A DNA stretch of 64,000 nucleotides from Felis catus (Eukaryota). The position numbers and the translations under genes are program-made. How positions within the stretch are numbered: the first letter of the stretch is position 1; each line of letters opens with the position of its first letter. The stretch spans positions 75,270,001-75,334,000 of the forward strand of contig NC_058368.1 of assembly GCF_018350175.1 (NCBI RefSeq), given 5' to 3'. Shown here piece by piece: positions 50,640-63,069 of the stretch. The notes under the pieces are model-generated. The model made no database searches. It had not been told where the DNA came from and worked only from the letters and a program-made list of their open reading frames with translations.

Positions 50640-52020
50640 ATAATGTAGGAAATAAAGTGGCATAAATAAATGTAAGCTTGTCAGCAATCTTAATCAACAG
50701 AGAGATACTAATTTCTGCATTTGAAAACCACTGATTATATACGTGAATTAAACAAAAAAGAAAGAAAGGAATTAGCCATATCCTGTAGACGTGGAATACA
50801 TCTAACACACAATATCACACATGGTTCCAAATAAAAGAAAAATAAGTACCAGGCAAATCCTACCGAGAGAAAACTGGCATTCAAGTGCCAATTAAAAAGG
50901 CTATGTGTTTAAAATCTGCTGCTAGTGGGGCGCCTGGGTGGCGCAGTCGGTTAAGCGTCCGACTTCAGCCAGGTCACGATCTCGCGGTCCGTGAGTTCGA
51001 GCCCCGCCTCGGGCTCTGGGCTGGTGGCTCGGAGCCTGGAGCCTGTTTCCGATTCTGTGTCTCCCTCTCTCTCTGCCCCTCCCCCGTTCATGCTCTGTCT
51101 CTCTCTGTCCCAAAAATAAATAAAGGCTGAAAAAAAAAAAAAAGGCTATGTGTTTAAAATCTGCTGTAAGACCTGAGGTGGAGTGCTATTTCACGGGATT
51201 TTAACAACATGCAAATCATCAGGAAGCTGTGGCAAACCTAAAAAAGGATGTACTTACTAACAGAATTTCAAAATGAAGAAGCATAAGGTTCGCAGAACCG
51301 CACAGATATACTGATGAATCCACATGCGAGAAGATTAACACTCTGATCTTGAGCACAAGAAAAAAATTCAAATGGATGGATGACTCAAATAACACAATCG
51401 ACTTAAGCTCTTACACATTTATATTATGCAGTGACAGAGATACACGCATTATATACACGTATGCGTGTCTGTTATTGTGTCTCATGACAGAAGAATACAT
51501 CATTTATTTTCGTTCACAGGAGCGATTGGTACAATTTGCCCACGACCAGGTCCCGACTATATGCCCTCCAGCTTGTAAAGAACGAGCCTTCTACAGGCTG
51601 TGCCAATGAAAGTAAAGAACAAACAATAATAACTGCTTACAAAAATACTTTTGAAAATTAACATTACGTAGGTCCCCACAGAGGATAACACATGGAAACG
51701 AACAACCTTCAACGAGACTCAGCAGATACACGTATTTAAGAGTGAGCTTCAAAAACAGTTACAGAATTAATTACTCATATAGTGTGCCTCTATTTATATT
51801 CTTTCTTAACAATTAAAAAAAAAAAAGTACGCCATACTGTAAAGCTGTGAATAAAGCCATAGGGTAAATAACAACAAAGTCTGAGACAGGAGGAAGGTAA
51901 TGAGGAAGGGGGACATGGGCACTTGGTGATGCTTGGTAATGTTCCATTTCCTAGGTCAGGTGTTAGAAAATAGCCGTGTGCCACATTCACCCTTTAATCT
52001 GCGCATGTATATGTTAAATC
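50640..52020 (+). mobile_element. Very old fragmented L1 (ORF2 endonuclease-region and 3'UTR remnants)
   Basis: taccaggcaaatcctaccgagagaaaactgg, gacagaagaatacatcattt, ggtaatgttccatttcctaggtcaggtg. Confidence 0.55.
50927..51138 (+). mobile_element. Young felid CanSINE with 28-bp TSD
   Basis: AAAAAGGCTATGTGTTTAAAATCTGCTG at 50894-50921 and 51139-51166. Confidence 0.97.
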
Positions 52021-52148
52021 ATACGAAATGCCAGTTATGCAGATCAAATACAGTCATACTGTACCCTTTGGTACTGCTCAGCCTAATCTAGTACATGTAT
52101 TCTTTTGATGACGCCATACTGACCGGATGTTAGAATATAAAGAAAAAT

Positions 52149-52368
52149 GGGGCGCCTGGGTGGCTCTGTCGGCTGAGCGTCCGACTTCGGCTCAGGTCAC
52201 GGTCTCACGGTTTGTGAGTTTGAGCCCCGCGTCCGGCTCTGGGCTGATGGCTCTGAGTCGGGAGGCTGCTTTGGAATCTGTTTCTCTCCTCTCTCTGTTC
52301 CTCCCCCCCTCATGCTTTGTCTCTGTCTCTCTCTCAAAAATAAATAAACATTAAAAAAAATTTTTTTA
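52149..52368 (+). mobile_element. CanSINE
   Basis: Head, CT tract, tail; degenerate TSD. Confidence 0.95.
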
Positions 52369-52806
52369 AAGAGTGTAAAGAAAAGATAGTGTGTGAGCAA
52401 AATGGGATGTTCACACTTTCTGTCGTAGTGTGGTGATCTCCGGTGTAATGGCCTGTGTAGAACAGTGAATCGATTTTTCCTGCGGTTAAGGATATTTTAT
52501 TTATCCCATCGCATTTTATTTTCTATTTCCTTCTGTGTTTAAAATGTACATTTAGAAAATACATTTTGTCAACTGGAAAAGAGCACTTGATGACAGTATT
52601 GAAGATTCCCTGGCAGGGGCACTTCCAGCGGCTTTCACGGGAAGGAAATAGTGGGCAGCACAGGCAGATTCAGACATTTATAAATTTTATAATGTTTGTC
52701 TTGCAGGGGCCTCAGGCCACCTGTTCTTTTTAAATCCAATGACAGCATCATATTTGTCTGCGAAAGTGTTCACAAAAGTACCATCTGGTTTTAAAGTTAC
52801 CACATT

Positions 52807-53026
52807 GGGGCGCCTGGGTGGCTCAGTCGGTTAAGCGGTCGACTTCGGCTCAGGTTGTGGTCTCGCGGTCCGTGAGTTCGAGCCCCGCGTCGGGCTCTGG
52901 GCTGATGGCTCGGAGCCCGGAGCCTGTTTCAGATTCTGTGTCTCCCTCTCTCTGACCCTCCCCTGTTCATGCTCTGTCTCTCCCTGTCTCAAAAATAAAT
53001 AAAACGGTAAAATAAATTAAAAAAAA
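52807..53026 (+). mobile_element. CanSINE (felid)
   Basis: TSD taaagttacca(c/a)att (52792-52806, 53027-53041). Confidence 0.96.
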
Positions 53027-54711
53027 TAAAGTTACCAAATTGTACCAGAGACAGTTTAAAGTGTGGCTGGGTATAAAAGCCTTCTAACTGGGAAAGTCAT
53101 GGGGGTTGAACTCAATCTGGGTCATCGACTTGGACAAAACTTGAATACGCTCGTAATGTCTAATGTAATTTGCAATCTAGCCTTATCTCTATGTGGCATG
53201 AAAAATATTCATTGGGAACGTGGGTTGTGTGTCAGTATTATTAGGCAGACTGTTTTACCTTGTTCTTCTTCTCTTTGGGTACAATTAATGCACATCAATT
53301 TCACATAAATAGGTAATTTCTTTCTTGCCCTTGGTTTAAGACACTGGCTCTTACCTGAACACTACTCCCTTTTGTGTTCCTACAAAACACGTGACTAAAT
53401 CACTAAGCTTCTGTTTCTCTCATCCTTTGGCCAAATCCTTGACATAATTTGGCCAAATATTCTTTTCCCTGACACTTTCTGGTCTCCTTCCCATTCTTTC
53501 CATTTATGGCACATTGTTCTGTCACCCTCTCTCCTCTTTCCTGTTCACTCATCCCTCAGTTGATTTGGCACCTAGGACCCATCAAGAATGCATTATCCTT
53601 GTCTAAAACAAAACCCCTGGAGAGTTCTTCATCTATCGATGTTAACATCCTTTCCAGAGGGCTTAATGCCCAGGTCAGATCCATATAATCCAAGCGAATG
53701 AGCAGCTCCAAAAAAGGATCAAAAGATTGGTTCTTCGTCTATGTATTAGTCTTGGCAGAGTATTTGGTAAAGAAATGCCCCGATTTGATAGAACTCAAAG
53801 TTGTGGAAAGAAAACTGAACACAGGTAAATGGTTGGCGAGAGTGGGTCAAATATGAAGAGGCAGAAACCAGAGAGCAGCATTAGGGTGCCGACTACTGCT
53901 CAGGACATCCACACCGAATGGACAGGGGGGTTGGGCAGATCCACTAGCGGTGAGGTAATATGCCAAAACATTGGACCACGGTGGCTGCCACAATTCCATC
54001 TGGCCCCTTCCACCCGCCACAGATCACGTGTCATTAAACCAGGACTGTAGAAACTGCACACAGTTAGATGCCCCACCCAACTCTGCCTTCTCCACACTAA
54101 AGACGCTGCATTTAATACTCCTCTAATTCACGAGACTCACATACAATCCCCAAACACACAAGCATAGTCGCACAACTTCCGGTGGGAATTAAGACAGAGG
54201 GGAAATTAGGCAGATGGGTACAGGAGAAGCATTACAACCCCGTAGCAAAGTGTGTTCATGCTCCTTTGCCGCGACATGCTTTCCTTTGCCACAATCTGGA
54301 TCCAGGATTAGAGTTAGTCTTGGCATAGAAGTATACAATTTGTATTTCTCCCTGAAGCCCTATGTGCTCTGCATTCCTTATTGAGGGGAGTAACTTAGGC
54401 ATCTATTTTTTTTTTTTTTTAACTTTGTCCGGTTGAACGTGTTTGCTGCGATTCAACCCTTAGTCTACTAAGTATTCAACGTCAGACAGGAGTTTTATGA
54501 ATGGGTGCTTATTAGCACCTCTGACAACTTCATAAATGATAATTAGAAGCTGGAACAAATCGACCTGAGACCAGAGGAAATGACCACTAGCTGGAAATGG
54601 CAAACAGGTTTCACTGTTTCTACAAACCCGGGTTTTTCAGTACACGGTGACGGGAAGTCTCCAATGTAAGGCACACTTTAAAATGATCATTTATTTGTAT
54701 TTGCATAATAT

Positions 54712-55071
54712 TTTCTTTTTGTGACTCGAGTGTAACTGAGGTTACAGCATTATGTTAGTTTCAGGGGCCCAACATAATATTTCCACATTTGTACACACTG
54801 CAGAATGATCACCACATTAATGTGTTTCCCGTCTGTCACCAGATAGTTACGACTTTTTGTTTTTACCACGATAAGAAATTTTAAGATTTACTTTTTTAGC
54901 ACCTTTCAAATTTGTAATAGAATATCATAGTCCCCATGCTGTACATTACATCCCCATGACTTATTTATTTTATAACCGGAAGTTTGCACCTCGCGGTTAC
55001 TTAAAATCATTTCGCCAACCCTCCCCTATCGCCCCTCCCCTTCAGCAACCACCAACCTGTTCTCTGCATCT
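54712..55071 (-). mobile_element. L1 3'UTR (L1MA/L1_Carn-like)
   Basis: cattatgttagtttcagg, atgatcaccac, ttaagatttacttttttagca, ccatgctgtacattacatccccatgacttatttattttataac. Confidence 0.85.
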
Positions 55072-55147
55072 AAACAAACAAATAGTATTTCTTTAAGTGT
55101 CGTTCTTCATTAGCTCGAACAGAAATAGCTCATTCCCCAAACTGTTT

Positions 55148-55365
55148 TTTTTAATTTTTTTAAAATGTTTATTTATTTTTGAGACAGAGAGAGACACAGC
55201 ATGAGCAGGGAAGGGGCAGAGAGAGAGGGAGACACAGAATCTGAAGCAGGCTCCAGGCTCTGAGCTGTCAGCACAGAGCCCGACGCGGGGCTCGAACTCA
55301 CGAACTGTGAGATCATGACCTGAGCCGAAGTGGGACACTTAACGACGGAGCCACCCAGGCACCCC
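55148..55365 (-). mobile_element. CanSINE
   Basis: TSD cccaaactgttt. Confidence 0.96.
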
Positions 55366-55966
55366 CCCAAACTGTTTATTTACAGCCAGAGTTCTCCATA
55401 TTTTTGTCTGTGAAATTAACTCAGTTTTCATTATCCAAAATGTTAGAACTGTAGCTGTAAATTCTGTACCCCTGTTTGTATCTTGATACGCTGGATGTAT
55501 TTAATTATGTTCCTGAAAAGTAGTTAAGATGTTTATTGAGACACTTAGGTTGGTGATCATTTTAAGTGGTCCAAGGCTTCTTATTTTAATAAATGCCTCT
55601 ATTTTAAAAATATGGTCTGTCTCTGAAAACTTAGAAAAATGATAATTATGTTAAGAAATACAGTCCAGGTGGTTCATGTGCCCTCCTTTCTCTCACAGTG
55701 AGGTTTTGGATATAAACTCCCTTACCATAGTCAGGCTGGGGACCAACAGAAAGGGTCACAGGCCAGTTGGAGAACGAGAGTATGAGGACTCTCTAGGATA
55801 CCTGTTATTTCTATTATTTCTATCCCAAAGAGACAGCGCCACATAGCATCTCTGCTGAGCTACAATGCATGCGCACTGGGGACCTGCACATGGGGTCTGC
55901 AGTCTATGACCTGCAGAGAGAGAGAAAAAAAAAAAAAAAACGAGCCTCAGAGTGTAAGGATGAGAA

Positions 55967-55998
55967 ATGAGGGACAGTTACTATGAGGGACAGTTACT
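55967..55998. repeat. Perfect 16-bp tandem duplication
   Basis: ATGAGGGACAGTTACT x2. Confidence 0.95.
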
Positions 55999-57439
55999 TC
56001 TCTTCTTTCTTAAGAGAATATAATAAACCCTTCTATGCTGAACTGTTATTCATTCATTTTACTTCCTCATGAAGTTCTCAGAGACATGGTATTCCTTGCA
56101 AGCCGTTCCGATTCAGATAACTGTTTAAATTATTTTCCATCATTTAAGAGAACAGGAGTTAGTATCAGCGTACTCATGAATGCACATCTGCGTGCATCCT
56201 TGTGAAATACTCACAAGCATTTCTTGTAACCACCATGTGCCCGGCAGAGTGATGGATCTTAGCAAGACAATGATTCCTGCTGCTCAGTTGATGGAGCGAG
56301 AAAGCTAATCGTATGGTTTTCTACATCCTAATTGAAGTAAGAGTCAAGCATCTTAGGATCTCAGGAATGAAAAGATGATAGCAATTAGCAGTGACTCTTG
56401 TGACTCCTTGTTGATTCTGGACGATTAGAACAGTGTCTTCTCTTCTAATTTACCCTGTCCTGGAATTCTTACCGTTGGTGTTTACTAATGTTACGCTCTC
56501 TTCATCGGAATCGAATCTGAATGTTCTTGACATTTACCCACATTCCTCAAAGACCATGGTGACTCATCACTCTTTGACTTTGCCAGTTCTTCTTGCTGTC
56601 TTCCAAAAAGACTCCAAGTCGACAGCAGTGTTGGTGACTTGTTTTTCCAAAGCTTCCCCTCTTCTCAATAATTTACAATCCAGTGACCCAGATCACAATT
56701 AATCTTGTGCGTTTGCTCGGATGTTCCATGGGGACACGGAAAGGAAAGACAAAGGGTCAAAATGCAACAACACATGATGTTGTGGAGGATAGGATGCAGA
56801 TGAGGAGCACAGGACTAACCATACACAGGAGGAAGAAGCAACGTTTCCTGTAAGTAAGATGATGACAGGATTTCTTAGAAGAAGGTAGGCATGGGGCAGG
56901 CAGTATGCAGGAGGATATATTTATGCCTGAAAGCCTCCTTCTTCTCCGAGAAAGTGGAGCCTATCCAGAACGGAAAAGACTACCAGGGCCTCCCACCTTC
57001 TCTCATCTCCCAGCCTCTTCATTTCTATTTCATTTAATTTGCTCTCCCGCCCTGCCAAGGCACCAGATTCAGTCATCAGTGTGTCTTCCCTGAGTGACTG
57101 TCCTTCTTCATAAGCTTCCACTCTAGTGGCTAACCTCTTTTGCATGAATAGAAAGCAGGGGACAATGCTGATTGTGTCCATTCCAAATATCACTTGAGGA
57201 CTTGCACAGGTGTGCCAACACGGGCCACCCACTGGTGCATGCACTTCTCTTGTTCATTTAATTTCCCACAGTGTTCACTAGGCAAGAAATCCAGTGGCTT
57301 CAAAATGGTGTCCAAAAATTCAGGCTCGTTATTGGTTTCCATAACTGAGCATGAATTGTCTAGCTTGGTATTCAAATTCCATTAAAATATATCCATTTTT
57401 ATCTGCCCATACCTTCTTATGAAGGAAATTATTGTTCTT

Positions 57440-57647
57440 TGAATTTTTTTAAGTTTATTTATTTATATTTGAGAGAGAGAGAGAGAGCACGCCAGGAAGG
57501 GGCAGAAGAAGAAGGAGAAAGAGAGAATCCCAAGCAGACTCCACCTCATCAGTGCAGAGCCCAATGCGGGGCTCGAACTCACAAACCGTGAGATCATGAC
57601 CTAAGCCAAAGTCCAGTGCTTAACTGACAGAGCCACTGAAGTGCCCT
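57440..57647 (-). mobile_element. CanSINE
   Basis: TSD ggaaattat(t/c)gttctt. Confidence 0.94.
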
Positions 57648-58261
57648 GGAAATTATCGTTCTTAAGCTCCTTCGGGGAGTTACCGCATCCACCCTGAGTG
57701 TGCCGTTCATCACATGGTAAGCGGTGTGGTAGTGTGGGGACAGCCTGCGGCGAGCTCCGTTCCACCTTCCATCACTTTAACTGAATCTCTTTTTTTTTTT
57801 TTTTTGAGCTGAGGTACATAATCTCTGAGCCTTGATTTCCTCCATTATCAAAAAGATATAATGATAGGGATAATAATGTCCCTACTAAATACTACAGCCT
57901 GTCATAGAATACATATCCTGTGAGTATAAACCAGGATTATTGTTTCCTAATCGAACTAGCTTCTCTCTCTTGGGGCTAGGAACAGGAAATACTCATCCAG
58001 GAAGAGAGTTTGCAGCAAGCTAAAGTTTGAAAGACACATGAATTGACTCCAAGGAGAGAAGTAAGGAAGAAGCAGAAAACAAGGATATAAGATTTATAGT
58101 AAAGAGGAAAAAAAAATGGAGTGACGCTGAAAGAGAGACAGAAAGGGAATATTCCCAGCTCTCCAGGATTGATATGCATCCTGTTTCAATTCTCCTGAAG
58201 TTCACGTGGATAATTCCTTTGTAGGGACCCATAATTCTATGAGACCCATTTCCGCATTCTT

Positions 58262-58483
58262 TTTTTTTTTTAATTTTTTTTAACGTTTATTTATTTTTGG
58301 GACAGAGAGAGACAGAGCATGAACAGGGGAGGGGCAGAGAGAGAGGGAGACACAGAATCGGAAACAGGCTCCAGGCTCCGAGCCATCAGCCCAGAGCCCG
58401 ACGCGGGGCTCGAACTCACGGACCGCGAGATCGTGACCTGGCTGAAGTCGGACGCTTAACTGACTGCGCCACCCAGGCGCCCC
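58262..58483 (-). mobile_element. Young felid CanSINE
   Basis: Perfect 16-bp TSD CCATTTCCGCATTCTT (58246-58261, 58484-58499). Confidence 0.97.
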
Positions 58484-59433
58484 CCATTTCCGCATTCTTA
58501 AAGGAAACATTCTTTGAGCCAGGGTACTTGAATGAATTCCCTGGTAGTACAAGAACTCAGATAAGATGCCCATCTTCTCTGCAAATGTTTCTCTTCTTGT
58601 ACTTCCCGCTGTGCTGTTTGATGTTCCCTCAATACATCTCAAATACCGCCAATTGGAAATATCGAGCAGACAGACTAGTGATGCCTGGTAGGCATCATTA
58701 TTTCCTTTGGGAGTGCTAGTGGAGATGATGATACCTTGTGAACAGGGATGGGTCCAGAGGAGAGAAAGATGTTCATGACTATCTGGCCTGAAATTTTAGT
58801 GCCTGCCAACCGTCCTGGGGCATCAAAAACTAAGTTGGGAAATATATGGAAAGCTGAATTAAACAGATAAATGATAGCATGCCATGGCACACGTACCGCT
58901 CACTTTATTGTTCAACAAAGAAAATATTCTTATTGAAGGCCTAAAAGCTTCCCTTTCAATGACATTGGTGAAAAATCCTGAACAAATCCTGGCTCAGTTT
59001 TTGAGTCAAGCTTTATGCTACAGGACTTGATATAGATATCTAGCTTTAATCTGGCAAGTTATTTCAGGGTGAACATTAGCAAAATTTGTCCAAGATACAG
59101 ATGAATGCCCAAATGCCCAATTAGGGTAATTGGGGACCCAAACTGGGAATTATCCCAAGTCTAAGAACATGGCATACACAGTTAGACAAGAGGAAATGTA
59201 TCCATTATAAATCACTTAGTGTATAACAAGTACAAACTTATAGGTAAAGAAAAATGCAATGGTACAAAAAGAGGGCTTCTTAGAAAACAAATCAGGAGAG
59301 ATCTGGACCAAGGATACAGATCTGGGAGTCGTTCAACTTATAGGCAGCAGAAAAAACACAGAAGGACTTGAAATTAACAAGAAAGACTCTATTTTTTTTT
59401 TTGTTTTTTAAGAGGAGAAACAAGATTTTTTTT

Positions 59434-59648
59434 AAATTTTTTTTTAATGTTTATTTATTTTTGAGACAGAGAGAGACACAGCATGAGCAGGGAAGGGGCA
59501 GAGAGAGAGGGAGACACAGAATCTGAAGCAGGCTCCAGGCTCTGAGCTGTCAGCACAGAGCCTGATGCGGGGCTCTAACTCATGGACCGTGAGATCATGA
59601 CCTGAGCCGAAGTCAGCCGCTTAACCGACTAAGCCACCCAGGCGCCCC
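59434..59648 (-). mobile_element. CanSINE
   Basis: Reverse head ggcgcccc; TSD aagatttttttt. Confidence 0.96.
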
Positions 59649-59922
59649 ATAAGATTTTTTTTTTAATGTGGATGGGATGATAATGTTAACAGAACAATTT
59701 CAAGGATATGAGATACAGACAGAAAGAGATAAATTACATAAAAAAGCAACCAAGAAGGTAAGAGGAGTAAGATCTGGAACCCACGTGGGTAGATGGTCTT
59801 AGAAAGAAAAAGCTCATTTTCCATCCTTCCTATCACAGGAAAAAAGGGGGAAAGCACCATGTGGGTATAGGCATAGCTATGTTCATATAGATGTGTGAAA
59901 TTACATGAAAAATATATAAAAT

Positions 59923-59973
59923 GTATGTATGTATCTATCTGTCTATCTATCTATCTATCTATTGTCTATCTAT
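59923..59973. repeat. (TATG)n(TATC)n compound microsatellite
   Basis: Direct reading. Confidence 0.9.
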
Positions 59974-60124
59974 TTTTCTATGTATCACGAAGACCTCTCT
60001 TTTCTTTGGTGAAGCTGATGGTATTTTTCGAGGATGACCATGCCAATATATCTTCTTTGGAAGAGTTGTTGATATTTCTTCACTGAGACATGAGGTCTCT
60101 GTTCTTTTCCGGAAAATTGAAACA

Positions 60125-60380
60125 AGACCATAGCAGCGAGGGAGTTCTGATGTAGAACGAAGAGTCTGTATTAGGTGGAAATAGCTAGACATTCATCACC
60201 TTGCCCAGTCACTGATTCAAGGCTTCCCCGAGATGAGCGTGGCCTGTCTGGAAACTTGAGGAAAGCCTTAAGGAAGCAAACACCTGCAGATTATCAGTCA
60301 GCCACACTCCTTACAGTCTTTTGGGGAACAAGTGTTTTCTGGAGGCAGGGTATGAGTAGTGTGTCTACATATCTACCACA
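60125..60380 (-). mobile_element. LTR16-like ERVL LTR (3' LTR, its 5' part)
   Basis: Minus strand begins TGTGGTAGATATGTAGACAC, preceded by PPT GAGGGAAGGAA; cagtcagccacactcc motif. Confidence 0.7.
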
Positions 60381-61860
60381 TTCCTTCCCTCGGAACACTC
60401 TGATCCACTTCTCCATACAGGTTGGGAGCAAGTCCTTCGAGGTCGTGCTGGGACTTTCTTCCTGCTGGTGGATAAGACTTGGAAAAGAAAAGCAAATAGG
60501 CAAACTACAGCCCCCCATTGCCCCATTTGTTCTTAGGGATGCGAATGCTACTCATTGTTTCTCTCCTCTCCTCTCCATTCCAAATCCCCTTTGCCCCAGT
60601 TATTACTCCTCTTAATTTAGGCGACTACCTGGCAGTATGGCCCAATCCCTCATTCATGAAACATCCGAGCCGGACCACTGAAGAAAGTTTCTTGAGTGCC
60701 ACATATATTCCCAACTTATCTACATTGCATAATAGCAGCCAAATGGGGCACCTGGGTAGCTCATTTGGTTTAGCATCTGACTCTTGATTTCAGCTCAGGT
60801 CATGATCTCACAGTCATGAGATCTGGCCCAGTGTCTGGCTCTGTGTTCACGGCTCCTGTCCCACTTTCATTGTCTCTGTCTTTGTCTCTCTCTCAAAATA
60901 AATAAATAAACTTAAAAAAAAAAAAAAAAAAAAAGGAAAGAGCAGCCAAACAAACCTTCTCCTGATGACCAGGGTCAATTACCACTGACAAGATTATGAT
61001 TCTCCTACTGGCCAGCTGGTCCCTTGAACACCAGGCATCCAAAATTCCCAGGTAATAGCTGCAGATATACTTCAGTAGTAACTGTATTTGTTATTTGGGT
61101 ATTTTTTTGCAATAACATCTCTTGTAATTCGGGGACTAGGATCTCTAACCCTGAAGAGAAAAAGTAAGTCAAAGTTCCCCAGGAGGCTAATGAGAGTGAT
61201 TATAAGTAGAACCACTTCTGCCTCATCCCTTGGTCCTTAGACTCATGGATAATTCTTAGTTGGAATGTGTAAACATAAAGCATATTTTGACTTGATGCAT
61301 CTTGGAGAATGGTGGCCCTGCCTCATAGGATGTTGCCTCTGGTGGGTGTTTCAGCTGTACCATCAGCAGGTCATTCCAAGGCTCTATCACACTGGCAGCT
61401 TCTGGATGGTGCATAGCTGATGTAACCAGGGATCGTGAGCTCTCTCCTGTACCACTTTTCACTATAAAATGTTTCCTTAGTTGTAAGTGAAGTTGTATTT
61501 GGTGTCATGCCTATAGATCATGCATTCCACAGTCTTTGGGATAGGGGTCCTCGCTGAGGTCTTGTAGATGGGAAAGGCAATTCCATACATGTAGGAGAGA
61601 GAGAGAAGGAAGACATTTTTAATTGTGGGTTGGGATATAGAATGTACTTTTGTGTGTTGGAGTGACAGGGAAATGGTGTTCTTGGGGCATGAAAAGACAT
61701 GTGTGTTTACATGTAGGGAAAACCATATACAAAGCCACTGAGCAATCATAAGGTCTGTACCTTCCAAGATCAAGGAAAGATTTAGTGGGTCTATAGTCGA
61801 GGGATATGATAGTTGATGAGACTGGGGATATACACTAGGCCAAACTGGGTGGTGCTTCAT
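60381..61860 (-). mobile_element. ERVL-class internal relic: integrase core and dUTPase-like segment
   Basis: YGIAFPIYKTSARTPIPKTVECMIYRHD, HHPEAASVIEPWNDLL (ERVL integrase-like) and VVIDPGHQEKV at 60985-60953 (resembles the dUTPase GVIDxDY motif). Confidence 0.8.
60745..60937 (+). mobile_element. CanSINE with internal deletion, inserted in the ERVL relic
   Basis: TSD agcagccaaa; lacks the ggagcctgct...gattct segment. Confidence 0.92.
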
Positions 61861-62594
61861 ATGTCAAACTAAGAAAGACAGCTTTATATTATTACCTACC
61901 ATGTCTTGCAAATGAAATAATTAGCAACTCTAGGGTGTTTTTCATATAGCGTTGCATCCTGTAACAGTTAGCAATTTGTAACTTAGTAATTCTTGCATGG
62001 ATAAATGTATTCATGAATTTTTTCACACTCAACAATAGTACTAGCGAATTTAATGCATGCCCACGTGAGAGGGGATAAAGGGCCCTATGTATTATATGAA
62101 GAGCATGCTATTTTAATGCTGATTTTAAAAATGAATATGAGACAGTAACTGAAACAAGAAATTCTGTACTAAGAGACAAAATTGTAAAAATGTGTATACT
62201 ATATCATCATTCATTGTGGACCATTCGATAAGGAAATAACAAGACAAACTTTCCCAGACAGGCAGCAAATAGTTGACTTTGTAATAACTTCAGTTTTTTT
62301 TCTGTTTAGCAAATTTTACTTAAATTGAAAACACAAAGTATAAAGAGGCCACATGTTATGAACCCTAGAAAATACTATTATTATTATCATTATTTTTATT
62401 ATTATGTTGAAAACAAGTTACATGAAAGAACTCATTAAGAAGAAAATGCTATGTTAAAAAATAAATAGTATGCTAAGAAAACAAAAACAAAAACAAAAAC
62501 ACATACACATGGGAGCCCAACAGTGTGAAATTGGATATGTGAGTTCCAAAAAGTCTAAGGTGGTCAAACCACACGTTTAAAAACCTGCAGCTGA

Positions 62595-62817
62595 GGGGCG
62601 CCTGGGTGGCGCAGTCGGTTAAGCGTCCAACTTCAGCCAGGTCACGATCTCGCGGTCCATGAGTTCGAGCCCCGCATCAGGCTCTGGGCTGATGGCACAG
62701 AGCCTGGAGCCTGCTTCAGATTCTGTGTCTCCCTCTCTCTCTGCCCCTCCCCCGTTCATGCTCTGTCTCTCTCTGTCTCAAAAATAAATAAACGTTAAAA
62801 AAAATTATTTAAAAAAA
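62595..62817 (+). mobile_element. Young felid CanSINE
   Basis: Perfect 16-bp TSD AAAAACCTGCAGCTGA (62579-62594, 62818-62833). Confidence 0.97.
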
Positions 62818-63069
62818 AAAAACCTGCAGCTGAAATAAACAACATGAACAGATTTGGTGACCAGTAGAGCATAATTTGATTTGAAGTTGGTCTAACCTCA
62901 GGATTACAGTTTAGGGATGAAAGAGAGATTTGAACTGCTCTATTCTATAAACAGGGAAGAGGAAAGAGTAAGATAAGAGGGCAGATGAAGTAGTTTCTCA
63001 TTAAAAACGCTTTCCCTCCTCCTGTGTCCCTGCTAAATTGAATCGTTAGGCACTTGTATATTTTCTGAG

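Noticed and set aside
56400..56730. Purine-rich minus-strand stretch resembling coding sequence
   Set aside because: The frames I translated are short, end in stops and match no protein I recognise.
9189..58719. Recurrent ORFs such as GAPGWRSRLSVRLQPGHDLAVREFEP and QRETEHERGRGRERGRHRIGNRLQA that look like a multicopy protein family
   Set aside because: They are sense and antisense translations of CanSINE copies, not genes.
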